A stretch of DNA of 64,000 nucleotides from Bacteroidota bacterium (lineage in GTDB: Bacteria; Bacteroidota; Ignavibacteria; UBA10030). Below, in pieces: positions 50,381-59,962 of this stretch (position 1 is the stretch's first letter; the number at the start of each line of letters is the position of its first letter). Both the position numbers and the translations under genes were made by a program. Location: positions 67,273 through 131,272 of the forward strand of contig JALONQ010000003.1 in the NCBI GenBank assembly GCA_025454835.1, read 5' to 3'. The notes beneath the pieces are model-generated. The model was not told the origin of the DNA and searched no databases. It was given only the letters and a program-made list of their open reading frames with translations.

Positions 50381-50504
50381 ACCGCCAAGACGCCAAGACA
50401 GCAAATATCTCTGTTGCGCAAAGTTCGCCAAGAAAAGACGGTGATTCGGTTCCATTTTCACAAACCAACTTGGCGTTCTTTGCGTTCTTGGCGCTCTTGG
50501 CGGT
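50381..50504. repeat. 9-bp-period CGCCAAG/CTTGGCG inverted repeat element
   Basis: Four units per arm; right arm CTTGGCGTT CTTTGCGTT CTTGGCGCT CTTGGCGGT. Confidence 0.88.
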
Positions 50505-50525
50505 AGTAGTTTTTGCTGCGACCTG

Positions 50526-51515
50526 CTACGACGCCAGGATCTGATCCAGGATCCTCTGATTCTTAAGGCCTTCTTCGCCAGGGATGGGGTTGGGGATGAC
50601 GCCCCGGACAGCGTCGACGAACAGACGCACCTCATGCGCGTAGAGATTGGGGACGATGAATTGTTCGATCTGCGGCTGCAGTGGTTCGCCCTCTTGCGCA
50701 TGCACCCGGTGCAGGATGACGGGCATGGCGCTGCGGGTGAAGTCAAAAGCCGACAGCGTGCCGTCCGTGCCGCGTATTTCGATGAACGAGCGGCGATAAC
50801 CGGCGGTGAACGAACAGTAGATCGATCCGAGGATCCCCTTCTGAAACTGCAGAACAACGGCCGCCGTTGATTCGGTGCGTTCAGCGGTCGGGGGGGCGTC
50901 GAGCACGGCCCTGACCAAGACGGGGTCATCGTCGAGCAGGAAGCGGATCGTGTCGAGGCAGTGAACGCCGATATCGTGCACGGGTCCTCCGCCGGCGACC
51001 TTTGGATCGAAGAGCCAACCGCGGCGCGAGAGGCGATGATCGTAGAAGAACTGCGTCTCGATGTGTGCGACGCTGCCGATCGCTCCTTCGGCGATGAGCT
51101 GCTTGATGCGCGTGATGACCGGCGAGAAGCGGACCATGTGACCGACCATCAGTTGTACTCCGGCATCACGGCATGCCTGCACCATGCGCTCGGCCTGCTC
51201 GACGGTCGCCGCCATCGGCTTCTCGACGAGCACATGCTTTCCTGCTTTGGCGGCGGCGATGGCTTCGCCGGCATGCGCACCGTTCGCAGAGGCGATGAAG
51301 ACGGCGTCGACGTCGGGATGTTCGGCGAGCGTTGCGGGATCGTCGAACGCGTGAGGGATGTCATGCTCGCGGGCTTTGGCCGCGGCAGCATCGAATGAGC
51401 GCTTCTGAATGGCGCTGACCACCGCGTTGCCGGAGCCGCGGATAGCCGGAAGGATGGCACGTTCGGCGAAGAGTCCGAAACCGATGATGCCGAATCGCAT
51501 CGGGTCAGATGTCAT
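50526..51515 (-). CDS. Gfo/Idh/MocA-family oxidoreductase
   Basis: GIIGFG, GKHVLVEKP, GGGPVHDIGVH. Confidence 0.92.
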   Translation of the reverse strand: MTSDPMRFGIIGFGLFAERAILPAIRGSGNAVVSAIQKRSFDAAAAKAREHDIPHAFDDPATLAEHPDVDAVFIASANGAHAGEAIAAAKAGKHVLVEKPMAATVEQAERMVQACRDAGVQLMVGHMVRFSPVITRIKQLIAEGAIGSVAHIETQFFYDHRLSRRGWLFDPKVAGGGPVHDIGVHCLDTIRFLLDDDPVLVRAVLDAPPTAERTESTAAVVLQFQKGILGSIYCSFTAGYRRSFIEIRGTDGTLSAFDFTRSAMPVILHRVHAQEGEPLQPQIEQFIVPNLYAHEVRLFVDAVRGVIPNPIPGEEGLKNQRILDQILAS

Positions 51516-51743
51516 ACGGCTCTCCTTAGACGGATCATCTCACGAGCGGCAACGTACCATCGAGCAGTCACGTAGACTTCGAGGCAAACGACGGCCCATC
51601 GACACGAAGCCCGTTCTGCACTTCACGGTGAGACGGTCTACGTTGCCTCACTTCGAGGTCTTCTTCAAGTGAAGTGTACGATTCCCACAGGGGAATGTCC
51701 AGACGTCCATCTTCCCCTCCGTTAAGGATTCCTATTCTTGCAC

Positions 51744-53555
51744 ATGGCCTCACTCCTCGACCCACTCAAGCACCTGACCGCCGCGCGTGATCGCGAACAG
51801 CAGACCGTTCGTACGATCATTGAAGCTGCGGCACAGCTTCTCACCGGCGTTCTTGGGATCGTCGCGATCGCCACTCTGGTGGCCGAATACGGGTTCTTCC
51901 TCTCGCCCGAGCGGGAAGCCATCGCGCAGGTGGCCCACGTGATCATCCTCTACGGCTTTGTCTTCCTTATCGCCGTTCGTATCGCGGCTTCCAGATCACC
52001 CTCGGAATTTATCCGATCACACCGCGTTGACATGATCCTCGTGGTGCTTGTGCTCTTCTTGTTGCTGGCGCCCGGAACCGTCACGGATATCCTTTACACC
52101 ATCAATCCCCTGTTGACAGCCTCGGATGTTTCGGCCCTCTACATTGCGCTCACACAGGGGTTTCTCTTTTCCGCGTTCATACCATCGACATTGCGCGCCA
52201 GCCGACGACTGATGCGGCGAAATTTCCATCCGGCGGCCCTGTTGGTCGGGAGTTTCGCCATGATCGTGCTGGCGGGAGCCCTCCTTCTGCTGATGCCGCG
52301 CGCAGCCACGCAGCCACTTTCGGTCCTCGATGCGCTCTTCACATCAACGAGCGCCGTGTGCGTGACCGGGCTGACCGTCGTAGACACGGCCACGCAGTTT
52401 ACGCCCCTCGGACATGGGATCCTGCTGTTCCTGATCCAGGCGGGTGGATTGGGGATCATGACCCTGACAACCGTGCTTGGGCTTCTGATCGGCGGATCGG
52501 GCGGTCTGCGAGAGTATGCGACGCTCCAAACGTTGCTGGGAGAGGAGAGCATCGGGAGGATCCGCCGCACGCTGTGGACCGTGACCTTGGCTACCCTGGC
52601 CTTCGAGGCGGCGGGGGCGCTCGTCCTGTATCAACTCCTGGATCCGGCGGTGGCGGGAACAGGTTCGCACGCCGTATTCTTCGCGGTCTTTCACTCCGTA
52701 TCCGCATTCTGCAACGCCGGTTTCGCTCTCACCTCCGAAGGATTGACGCATCCTCTTCTCAGAGCAAATGCGACGGTGCTGGCGACCGTCATGATCCTCG
52801 TCGTCGTGGGGGGCATCGGATTTCCGGTGATGTCCAATGTCGGTCGGATCGTCTGGTCGCGGCTCACGCGCCGGCCGTTCCGAGGTCATCTATCGTTGCA
52901 GTCGAAGATCGTCCTCTGGACCACGTGTGTCTTGCTCGTCGTCGGGACGGTCGCCCTTTTCATGGTTGAGCGCGGGTTCGGCCAATCCTCGACGACGATG
53001 GGTGAGCGGTGGTTGACGGCCGCCTTTCACTCCGTCGTTGCCCGCACCGCCGGGTTCAATACGATCGAAGTTGCCTCGATGTCGCTCCCCGGCTTGTTCG
53101 TGCTCATGGTGCTCATGTGGATCGGCGGCTCTCCAGGTTCGACGGCTGGCGGCGTGAAGACCACGGCGGTGGCGGTCGCGCTTCTCAACATACGTGCGAT
53201 CGTCACCGGGGCTGACCGCGTGGAGGCGTTTCGCACGACGGTCTCGGGCGCTTCCATTGTCAGGGCCTTCAGTACGATCCTGTTGTCGGTCGCAGTCATT
53301 GCCACGCTCGTGTTTCTGCTGCTCCTGACCGATCCGGTGAGTTTCGACGGAGCGGTGTTCGAAGTCATTTCTGCCGTTGGAACCGTGGGATTGACCACAG
53401 GCATCACGCCCTCATTGTCGTACGGCGGAAAACTCGTTATCATTGCGGGGATGTTTATTGGCCGCGTCGGCGTTCTCTCGTTTGCCATTGCAATGACCGG
53501 GCAATGGCAACGACGACGGGCTGAATATCCGGCAGAAAATGTTCTGGTGACCTGA
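51744..53555 (+). CDS. TrkH/KtrB-family K+ uptake permease with N-terminal membrane extension
   Basis: TSAVCVTGL, SAFCNAGF, RTAGF, SAVGTVGL pore motifs; GRVG. Confidence 0.92.
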   Translation: MASLLDPLKHLTAARDREQQTVRTIIEAAAQLLTGVLGIVAIATLVAEYGFFLSPEREAIAQVAHVIILYGFVFLIAVRIAASRSPSEFIRSHRVDMILVVLVLFLLLAPGTVTDILYTINPLLTASDVSALYIALTQGFLFSAFIPSTLRASRRLMRRNFHPAALLVGSFAMIVLAGALLLLMPRAATQPLSVLDALFTSTSAVCVTGLTVVDTATQFTPLGHGILLFLIQAGGLGIMTLTTVLGLLIGGSGGLREYATLQTLLGEESIGRIRRTLWTVTLATLAFEAAGALVLYQLLDPAVAGTGSHAVFFAVFHSVSAFCNAGFALTSEGLTHPLLRANATVLATVMILVVVGGIGFPVMSNVGRIVWSRLTRRPFRGHLSLQSKIVLWTTCVLLVVGTVALFMVERGFGQSSTTMGERWLTAAFHSVVARTAGFNTIEVASMSLPGLFVLMVLMWIGGSPGSTAGGVKTTAVAVALLNIRAIVTGADRVEAFRTTVSGASIVRAFSTILLSVAVIATLVFLLLLTDPVSFDGAVFEVISAVGTVGLTTGITPSLSYGGKLVIIAGMFIGRVGVLSFAIAMTGQWQRRRAEYPAENVLVT

Positions 53556-53556
53556 C

Positions 53557-54249
53557 ATGACGCAGAGACTTGCGATCATCGGTATCGGCAAATTTGGCCG
53601 GCACTTGGCGCGCGAATTGGCGTCCAAAGGAGCCGATGTCCTTGCCATCGACGCCGACATGGATCGGTTGGACGATCTGAAGCAGGTCGTCGCCCATACG
53701 GTCCGATTGGACGCGCGCGAAGAATCGGCACTCCGTGGCCAGGGGCTGGTGGACTATGATGCCGTCATCGTCGGCTTCGGGGACGATTTCGAGGTGACGC
53801 TGCTGACCGTGGCGGCGCTTCAGACCATCGGCATCCAGCGCATCATTGTACGGGCAACAACGCCCACACACGAGAGGATCCTCCAGCACCTCGGCATTAA
53901 AGAGGTGGTGCTTCCCTCGGTGGAGGCGGCTGAGCGGCTTGCGACCAGCCTGATGTACGCGGGCGTGCTTGATTCGTTCTCACTCTCCTCCGATGCCACG
54001 ATTGCCGAGGTCACAGCCCCCGACGGATTCATCGGCCGGACGGTGGCCGAGGTGCCGTTTCGCCAGAAGCACGATGTGAGCCTTATTACGATCAAGCGCA
54101 TTCAGAAACGACCAGTCCTGTTCGGACTCGGCACCAAAGAGGTTGAAATGGTCATCGGTGTCCCCAAGGATGAGACTCTGATCGAACGCGGAGACGTGCT
54201 CGTCGTGTTTGGCTCCAAAGAGGCGATCGGCCGATTGGCCTCAGCGTGA
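53557..54249 (+). CDS. TrkA/KtrA RCK regulatory subunit
   Basis: IIGIGKFG Rossmann motif, TrkA-C domain. Confidence 0.92.
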   Translation: MTQRLAIIGIGKFGRHLARELASKGADVLAIDADMDRLDDLKQVVAHTVRLDAREESALRGQGLVDYDAVIVGFGDDFEVTLLTVAALQTIGIQRIIVRATTPTHERILQHLGIKEVVLPSVEAAERLATSLMYAGVLDSFSLSSDATIAEVTAPDGFIGRTVAEVPFRQKHDVSLITIKRIQKRPVLFGLGTKEVEMVIGVPKDETLIERGDVLVVFGSKEAIGRLASA

Positions 54250-54252
54250 TGT

Positions 54253-55467
54253 ATGCATGACCTTTCGAGCGTGATCCTGTTCATCGGCGGCCTGGTCTTT
54301 CTGGCGCACGCCTTCGTTGCGGTGTTCGAACGGACGCGGGTTCCCGACGTCCTCTGGCTCATTCTGATCGGCGTGATGCTGGGGCCGGTCTTTGGGATCG
54401 TCCGGCCGCAAGACTTCGGGAAGGTCGGCGCCGTCTTCACCACGGTCGCGCTGGTCATCATTCTGTTCGAGGGAGGGCTCGAGATCAGCATCGAGGAGAT
54501 GCGCAAGGCGTGGAAGAGCACGTTCCTCGTGACCCTGTTCACGTACGTGATCGCTTGGGCGATCCTCACGGGAGCGCTCGTGGCGATCCTCCCGTTCTCC
54601 ACCTTGGAGTCGCTCTACGTTGGCGCCGTGCTTGCCGGACCGGCACCATCGGTCGTCATTCCGCTGGCCCGGCAGATGAAGATCTCCGATTCCGGCCGGA
54701 CGACGCTCATGCTTGAATCTCCGATCGGCGAAGCCCTTTGTGTGGTGATCGCCCTCGCTCTGCTCCAGACCATTGAGATGGGGCGGATGTCGATTGGACT
54801 GTTGCTGGGACAACTCATTTCCGCGTTCGTGTTCGCCATCGTGCTCGGAGCGCTGTCGGGATACGTGTGGTCGCTGACCCTTGACCGGGTGCGCCAATTG
54901 CGGAATGCCATCTTCCTGACGCCATCGGCGGTCTTCATTGTGTATGGACTGACGGAGTTCTTTGGATTCAGCGGGCCGATCGCCGCGTTGGCCTTTGGGA
55001 TCGTGCTCGGCAACGTGGGGACCATGAAGCTTCCGTGGATCCATGAACACACGAATCTGGCCCCGCTCTCTCACAGCACGACAGAGAAGCTCTTCTTCAG
55101 CGAAGCGGTGTTCCTTGTGAAGACCTTCTTCTTCGTCTATTTGGGGATCTCAATTCAGTTGGATGACTATGTGGCGCTGGCGACCGGCCTGGCCCTCGTC
55201 GGCGGATTGTTGCTGGCCCGGGTGCTCGGCATTCGGCTAGCGACTCATCTGCTCGGCGGGACGGGCGACGACCTCGTTTCGATGTCTATTCTGATTCCCA
55301 AAGGAACCGCCGCAGCCGTACTGGCCGGTCTGCCGATTCAAATCGGGCTTGCGCGCGGCGCACAGATGCAGGACCTTATCAACGGTGTCGTGTTCGTCAG
55401 CATCCTTGCAACCGCCATTCTCGTTTTTCTTGCCGAGCGAGCACGACCCGCAGAACGGCGCATCTGA
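54253..55467 (+). CDS. Cation:proton antiporter (CPA1 family)
   Basis: RVPDVLWL..G..LGP, ILFEGGL, LESPIGE, PKG.AAAVLA. Confidence 0.88.
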   Translation: MHDLSSVILFIGGLVFLAHAFVAVFERTRVPDVLWLILIGVMLGPVFGIVRPQDFGKVGAVFTTVALVIILFEGGLEISIEEMRKAWKSTFLVTLFTYVIAWAILTGALVAILPFSTLESLYVGAVLAGPAPSVVIPLARQMKISDSGRTTLMLESPIGEALCVVIALALLQTIEMGRMSIGLLLGQLISAFVFAIVLGALSGYVWSLTLDRVRQLRNAIFLTPSAVFIVYGLTEFFGFSGPIAALAFGIVLGNVGTMKLPWIHEHTNLAPLSHSTTEKLFFSEAVFLVKTFFFVYLGISIQLDDYVALATGLALVGGLLLARVLGIRLATHLLGGTGDDLVSMSILIPKGTAAAVLAGLPIQIGLARGAQMQDLINGVVFVSILATAILVFLAERARPAERRI

Positions 55468-55491
55468 GTCAGGTTCAAAGGAGAGACCTTC

Positions 55492-56157
55492 ATGGAAGAG
55501 ATCACTGCGATCTCGTCGTCACTAAGAGACTTCTGGCTGCAGGTGCTCGCCTTGTTACCACGCATTCTGACGGGCCTTGTGCTGCTCATCGGGGGTTGGA
55601 TCGTTGCCAAACTGGTCCGCCGGGCGACGCTTCGAGTGCTCCGGTTTGCCCGCGTCGACGCGCTGGCCGAAAAGGCGGGCATTGAGAGCTTTCTGATGCG
55701 AGGAGGTATCTCGTTCACGTTCGTCACGATCCTGGCCAACTTCGTTTACTGGGTGCTGCTGCTGACGATGTTGTTGGCCGTCCTGCACAGCCTTGGGGTG
55801 GCGGCGGCGGCGGACCTGATCGAGCGGATCGTCAGTTATCTTCCGAATGTCCTCGGCGCAGTGCTGGTGCTGATCTTTGGCAGCCTGTTCGCGAACCTGG
55901 TGCGCACGATGACATCGGGCTATCTGAATAACATCGGAATCAAAGGCGTGCCGTTCATCGCCGGTTTGACGTATTATGCGGTCCTGTTCTTCGTGCTCAC
56001 CGTTGCGCTGGAGCAGTTGTCCATCGGCGGGGCGATCCTCGTGTCGGCCTTCCAGATCGCCTTTGGCGCCCTATGCTTGGCGCTCGCCCTCGCGTTCGGT
56101 CTCGGCGGCCGTGAAATGGCGTCGCGCATTCTGGAGAATATTTGGAAGAATCGCTGA
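55492..56157 (+). CDS. TM-helix-repeat (CmpX/MscS-associated) membrane protein
   Basis: LPRILTGLVLLIGGW and YLPNVLGAVLVL repeats, LALAFGLGGRE. Confidence 0.8.
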   Translation: MEEITAISSSLRDFWLQVLALLPRILTGLVLLIGGWIVAKLVRRATLRVLRFARVDALAEKAGIESFLMRGGISFTFVTILANFVYWVLLLTMLLAVLHSLGVAAAADLIERIVSYLPNVLGAVLVLIFGSLFANLVRTMTSGYLNNIGIKGVPFIAGLTYYAVLFFVLTVALEQLSIGGAILVSAFQIAFGALCLALALAFGLGGREMASRILENIWKNR

Positions 56158-56173
56158 TGCCACGGAGCCGACG

Positions 56174-57037
56174 ATGATCATCGATTGCCATGTGCATGTG
56201 AACTGGTATGAGCATGAAGACCGGCCGGCTCTGCCGCACCGGCTGGGAGAGCTGCGGCGAGAGATGCAGCTCAACCGTGTCTCGCATGCCGTCATCCTCA
56301 CCTCCTTTAAAGACCTGCCCGGCCGTCCATCGACGAAGGAGGTGGCGGATGCCGTCCGTGGCCAACCGGAATTCTCGGTCGTGGCGGGCATCGGTGCGGC
56401 GACATTCACGCCGGAGGTCCTGGAGGCGCTGCGTCCGCTCGTGGCGGAGCGGATCGTCCGGGGTCTCAAGCTGTATCCAGGGTATGAGCCGTACTATCCG
56501 CACGATCCCAAGCTGACGCCCGTCTTTCGGTTCGCCGCCGAACACGGCCTTCCGGTCATGATCCACACGGGTGACACGTTCTCGGCAAAAGGCAAGTTGA
56601 AGTACGCTCACCCGCTCGAAGTAGACGAGGTGGCAGTCGACCATCCCGACGTGTCGATCATCATCTGCCATCTCGGCAACCCGTGGTTCCAGGACACCAT
56701 GGAAGTGGTCTACAAGAACGAGAACGTATACACGGACATTTCCGGCCTCGTCCTCGGAGATTTCAGCGATCGATTCGAGCGGTACATGCGCGATCAATTG
56801 CAGGAGATGATCATCTACGGCATGGAGCCGACGAAGGTCCTCTTCGGGACCGACTGGCCGATCTCGTCGATGCGGTCGTACCTCGAGTTCATCGAAGAGC
56901 TGAACATTCCGACCGCGGAACTCGAGAAGATCATGTTCCAGAACGCTGCTCGGCTCTTCGATATCCCGGTCAACAGCAGCGGAGCCGGCGCGTCAGGTCT
57001 GCTCGGATGGCTCGGCCGCAAGATGGGACCGGCATAA
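56174..57037 (+). CDS. Amidohydrolase_2-family metal-dependent hydrolase
   Basis: IIDCHVH, GLKLYPGY, IHTGD, CHLGNPW, LFGTDWP. Confidence 0.9.
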   Translation: MIIDCHVHVNWYEHEDRPALPHRLGELRREMQLNRVSHAVILTSFKDLPGRPSTKEVADAVRGQPEFSVVAGIGAATFTPEVLEALRPLVAERIVRGLKLYPGYEPYYPHDPKLTPVFRFAAEHGLPVMIHTGDTFSAKGKLKYAHPLEVDEVAVDHPDVSIIICHLGNPWFQDTMEVVYKNENVYTDISGLVLGDFSDRFERYMRDQLQEMIIYGMEPTKVLFGTDWPISSMRSYLEFIEELNIPTAELEKIMFQNAARLFDIPVNSSGAGASGLLGWLGRKMGPA

Positions 57038-57171
57038 GGCGCCGAGGCTTGACTCTTCCGGCGGAATTCCTTTCTTGAAGAGGTGGCTCGGGCGTCGCAG
57101 TACATCGACGTCCGTTCCGTTCTCTGCGGGTCTGCGTGCTCATTCATCCCATCCCGACCATCGGTGCCGCC

Positions 57172-58722
57172 ATGGCTAAAGACGACCTGAAGGATTTCGA
57201 GCGCAAAGTGCTCGTCCGTGCGCTGCGGACGGAGGACTACGACCAACTCGTCGAGCTCCAGCTCAAGTGCTTTCCGGGCATGAAGCCGTGGTCACGGGCC
57301 CAGGTCGAGAGCCAGCTGGCGCTCTTTCCCGAAGGACAGATCTGCATCGAGTATCAGGGGCGTCTCGTCGCCTCCTCCAGCAGCCTCATCCTCGACTTCG
57401 ACCTGTATCACGAATGGCACAGCTGGGCCGAGATCGCCGATGCGGGTTTCATCCGGAACCACACGCCGAAAGGCAATACGCTCTACGGCATCGAGATCAT
57501 GGTCGATCCATCGTACCGCGGTCTGCGGCTGGCCCGGCGGATGTATGAGGCGCGGAAGCAGCTGGCCCGTGAGCGAAACCTCATGCGCATCATCCTCGGC
57601 GGCCGCATCCCCGGGTACGGGACACATGCCGCGGCGATGAGCGCCCGCGAATACGTGGACAAGGTCGTGCACAAGGTCCTCGTCGACCCCGTGCTGACAA
57701 CGCAGCTGTCGAACGGCTTCACGCTGAAGCGGTTGATCCCCAACTATCTGTCGAGCGACACCGAGTCGCGCGGCTACGCCACGTTCCTTGAGTGGACGAA
57801 CATTGACTATGTGCCCAATCCGCTGCAACGGCTCACGTTGTTCGCCCCGGTCCGGGCGTGTGCCGCGCAGATGCAGCTGCGGATGATCACGGGATTCGAG
57901 GAATTTGCGCGCCAGTGCGAGTATTTCGTCGACGCCGCGGCGGACTACAAGACCGATTTCATGCTCTTTCCGGAGATGCTGACGACGCAATGGCTGACGT
58001 TCCTGCCGAAGGACCGTCCGGCGCTGGCGATGCGAAAGTTGTCGGAATATACGCCGGCGTATCTGGAGTTGTTCACGGGCCTGGCCGTCAAGTACAACGT
58101 CAACATCATCGGCGGGACGCACTTCGTCGTCGAAGGTGAAGACTTGTACAATGTCGCGTATCTGTTTCGGCGCGATGGGACGCTCGCCAAGCAGTATCAG
58201 CTTCACATCGCCCCCGACCAGCGCCGGTGGTGGGGCGTGAAGCCTGGGATGGACGTCAGCGTCTTCGACACCGACCGCGGGAAGATCGGTATCCTCATCG
58301 GCCACGACGTTGTGTTCCCCGAGCTGTCGCGCATCATGGCGGATCAAGGGGCGCAGATCCTGTTCGTGCCGTTCAGCGTGGAGGAACGGTACGGCTACCT
58401 GCGGTTACGGTACTGCACGCAAGCGCGATGTGTCGAGAACAATGTTTATGCCGTGATGGCCGGCAGCGTCGGCAACCTGCCTTCCGTCGAGAACATTGAC
58501 GTTCATTATGCGCAATCGGCGATCCTGACGCCATCAGACATTCCCTTCACGCGCGACGGGGTGCTGTCGGAAGCAACGCCGAACATCGAAACGATCATCG
58601 TCGACGACATGGACCTGGAGCTGCTGAAGCCCGGACGACAAAGCGGAACCGTGCTCAGCCGCCAGGACCGCCGTTCGGACCTCTACGAAGTGCGGTACCA
58701 TCCGCCGGCCGGACGTCGCTGA
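57172..58722 (+). CDS. GNAT acetyltransferase fused to a carbon-nitrogen hydrolase (nitrilase) domain lacking the catalytic Lys and Cys
   Basis: YRGLRLARRMY acetyl-CoA motif; FPE retained; QYQLH and LIGHDVVFPE where QYKxH and ICYDxEFPE are expected. Confidence 0.88.
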   Translation: MAKDDLKDFERKVLVRALRTEDYDQLVELQLKCFPGMKPWSRAQVESQLALFPEGQICIEYQGRLVASSSSLILDFDLYHEWHSWAEIADAGFIRNHTPKGNTLYGIEIMVDPSYRGLRLARRMYEARKQLARERNLMRIILGGRIPGYGTHAAAMSAREYVDKVVHKVLVDPVLTTQLSNGFTLKRLIPNYLSSDTESRGYATFLEWTNIDYVPNPLQRLTLFAPVRACAAQMQLRMITGFEEFARQCEYFVDAAADYKTDFMLFPEMLTTQWLTFLPKDRPALAMRKLSEYTPAYLELFTGLAVKYNVNIIGGTHFVVEGEDLYNVAYLFRRDGTLAKQYQLHIAPDQRRWWGVKPGMDVSVFDTDRGKIGILIGHDVVFPELSRIMADQGAQILFVPFSVEERYGYLRLRYCTQARCVENNVYAVMAGSVGNLPSVENIDVHYAQSAILTPSDIPFTRDGVLSEATPNIETIIVDDMDLELLKPGRQSGTVLSRQDRRSDLYEVRYHPPAGRR

Positions 58723-58751
58723 TCATCTCCTCCACCCATCGGTCCTTCAAC

Positions 58752-59846
58752 ATGCATTCGTTGCTCCATCAACGCTTCCTCGGTAACGAGCCCATGACGT
58801 GGGTCATTGCCATCGGCGCGGCAGCTTTGCTGTTCGTCGTCCTCATGTTTGCCAACCGGAGCATCGGCCGCAAGCTCCGCGCGCTGTCGTTGCGGACGGA
58901 CACCAAGGTCGACGACCTCCTGGCCGACGTGTTGAGTCGGACTAGTCCGCTCGTGCTGTTCGTCGTCTCAGCTATTGTCGGCACGCAGGCTCTGTCCCTG
59001 CGTCCGGGGGTCGAGTCGGCGCTCACGGAGGCGCTGTGGCTGGCGATCCTCCTGCAGGTCGGGTTCTGGGGAAACGGCGCGATCTCGTTCTGGTTGGAGC
59101 GGTCGATGCAGCAGGCGACGAGCGGACCGGTCGCCACCACGGCAACGATGTCGGCCATCGGGTTCGTTGCGCGTCTGGCGTTGTGGTCGATCGTTATCCT
59201 GGTCGGTCTCAGCAATCTTGGCGTTGACATCACCGGCCTCATCGCCGGCCTCGGCATCGGAGGCATCGCCGTCGCGCTGGCGTTGCAGAACGTCCTCGGC
59301 GACCTGTTCGCCTCGCTCTCGATCGTCCTCGACAAGCCGTTCGTCATCGGCGACTTCATCGTGGTGGACGAGTTGTCGGGTACGGTGGAGTATGTCGGCC
59401 TCAAGACGACACGGATCCGGTCGCTGTCGGGCGAACAGCTTATCGTATCGAACGCCGACCTGCTCCGAAGCCGCATCCGGAACCTGAAACGGATGGAGGA
59501 GCGCCGCGTGGTGTTCACCTTCAGCCTCACCTATCAGACGCCGACGGAGAAGCTTCAGCGCGTCAGCGAGATCGCCCGCGGCGTCATCGAGGCCCAACCG
59601 CAGGTCCGATTCGACCGGGCACACTTCAAAGCGTTTGGCGAGTCGGCGCTGGTGTTCGAGTGTGTGTACTTCGTACTCTCTCCGGACTACAATGTCTACA
59701 TGGATGTCCAGCAGACCATCAATATCGGTCTGGCGCGGGCGCTGAAGACAGAGGGGGTCGAGTTCGCATACCCGACGCGGACGCTGATCGTCAGGTCGGC
59801 TGAGTCGGTCGTGTCTGTTTCCGGGGCCGGCGGTCGTCCGGCGTGA
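58752..59846 (+). CDS. Small-conductance mechanosensitive channel (MscS family)
   Basis: GLGIGGIAVALALQNVLGDLFAS..DKPF.IGD, GTVEYVGLKTTRIR. Confidence 0.93.
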   Translation: MHSLLHQRFLGNEPMTWVIAIGAAALLFVVLMFANRSIGRKLRALSLRTDTKVDDLLADVLSRTSPLVLFVVSAIVGTQALSLRPGVESALTEALWLAILLQVGFWGNGAISFWLERSMQQATSGPVATTATMSAIGFVARLALWSIVILVGLSNLGVDITGLIAGLGIGGIAVALALQNVLGDLFASLSIVLDKPFVIGDFIVVDELSGTVEYVGLKTTRIRSLSGEQLIVSNADLLRSRIRNLKRMEERRVVFTFSLTYQTPTEKLQRVSEIARGVIEAQPQVRFDRAHFKAFGESALVFECVYFVLSPDYNVYMDVQQTINIGLARALKTEGVEFAYPTRTLIVRSAESVVSVSGAGGRPA

Positions 59847-59962
59847 ATACCCCGAGTCCTCGCTCGCTTCACGGAATCTTTTGCCTCCGCGCCGGTGTCG
59901 GCCGTTGATGCTTTTTGGCTTTGTTCTTGCACATTAATGACTGATTTTTCAGCCATAGCTTC

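Noticed and set aside
50276..50504. Possible CRISPR or tRNA in the pdxJ downstream spacer
   Set aside because: Units are 9-10 bp and inverted; no cloverleaf or T-loop consensus
59847..59962. Na+ or other known riboswitch upstream of mrpA
   Set aside because: No recognisable consensus or convincing stem set; looks like a plain promoter region
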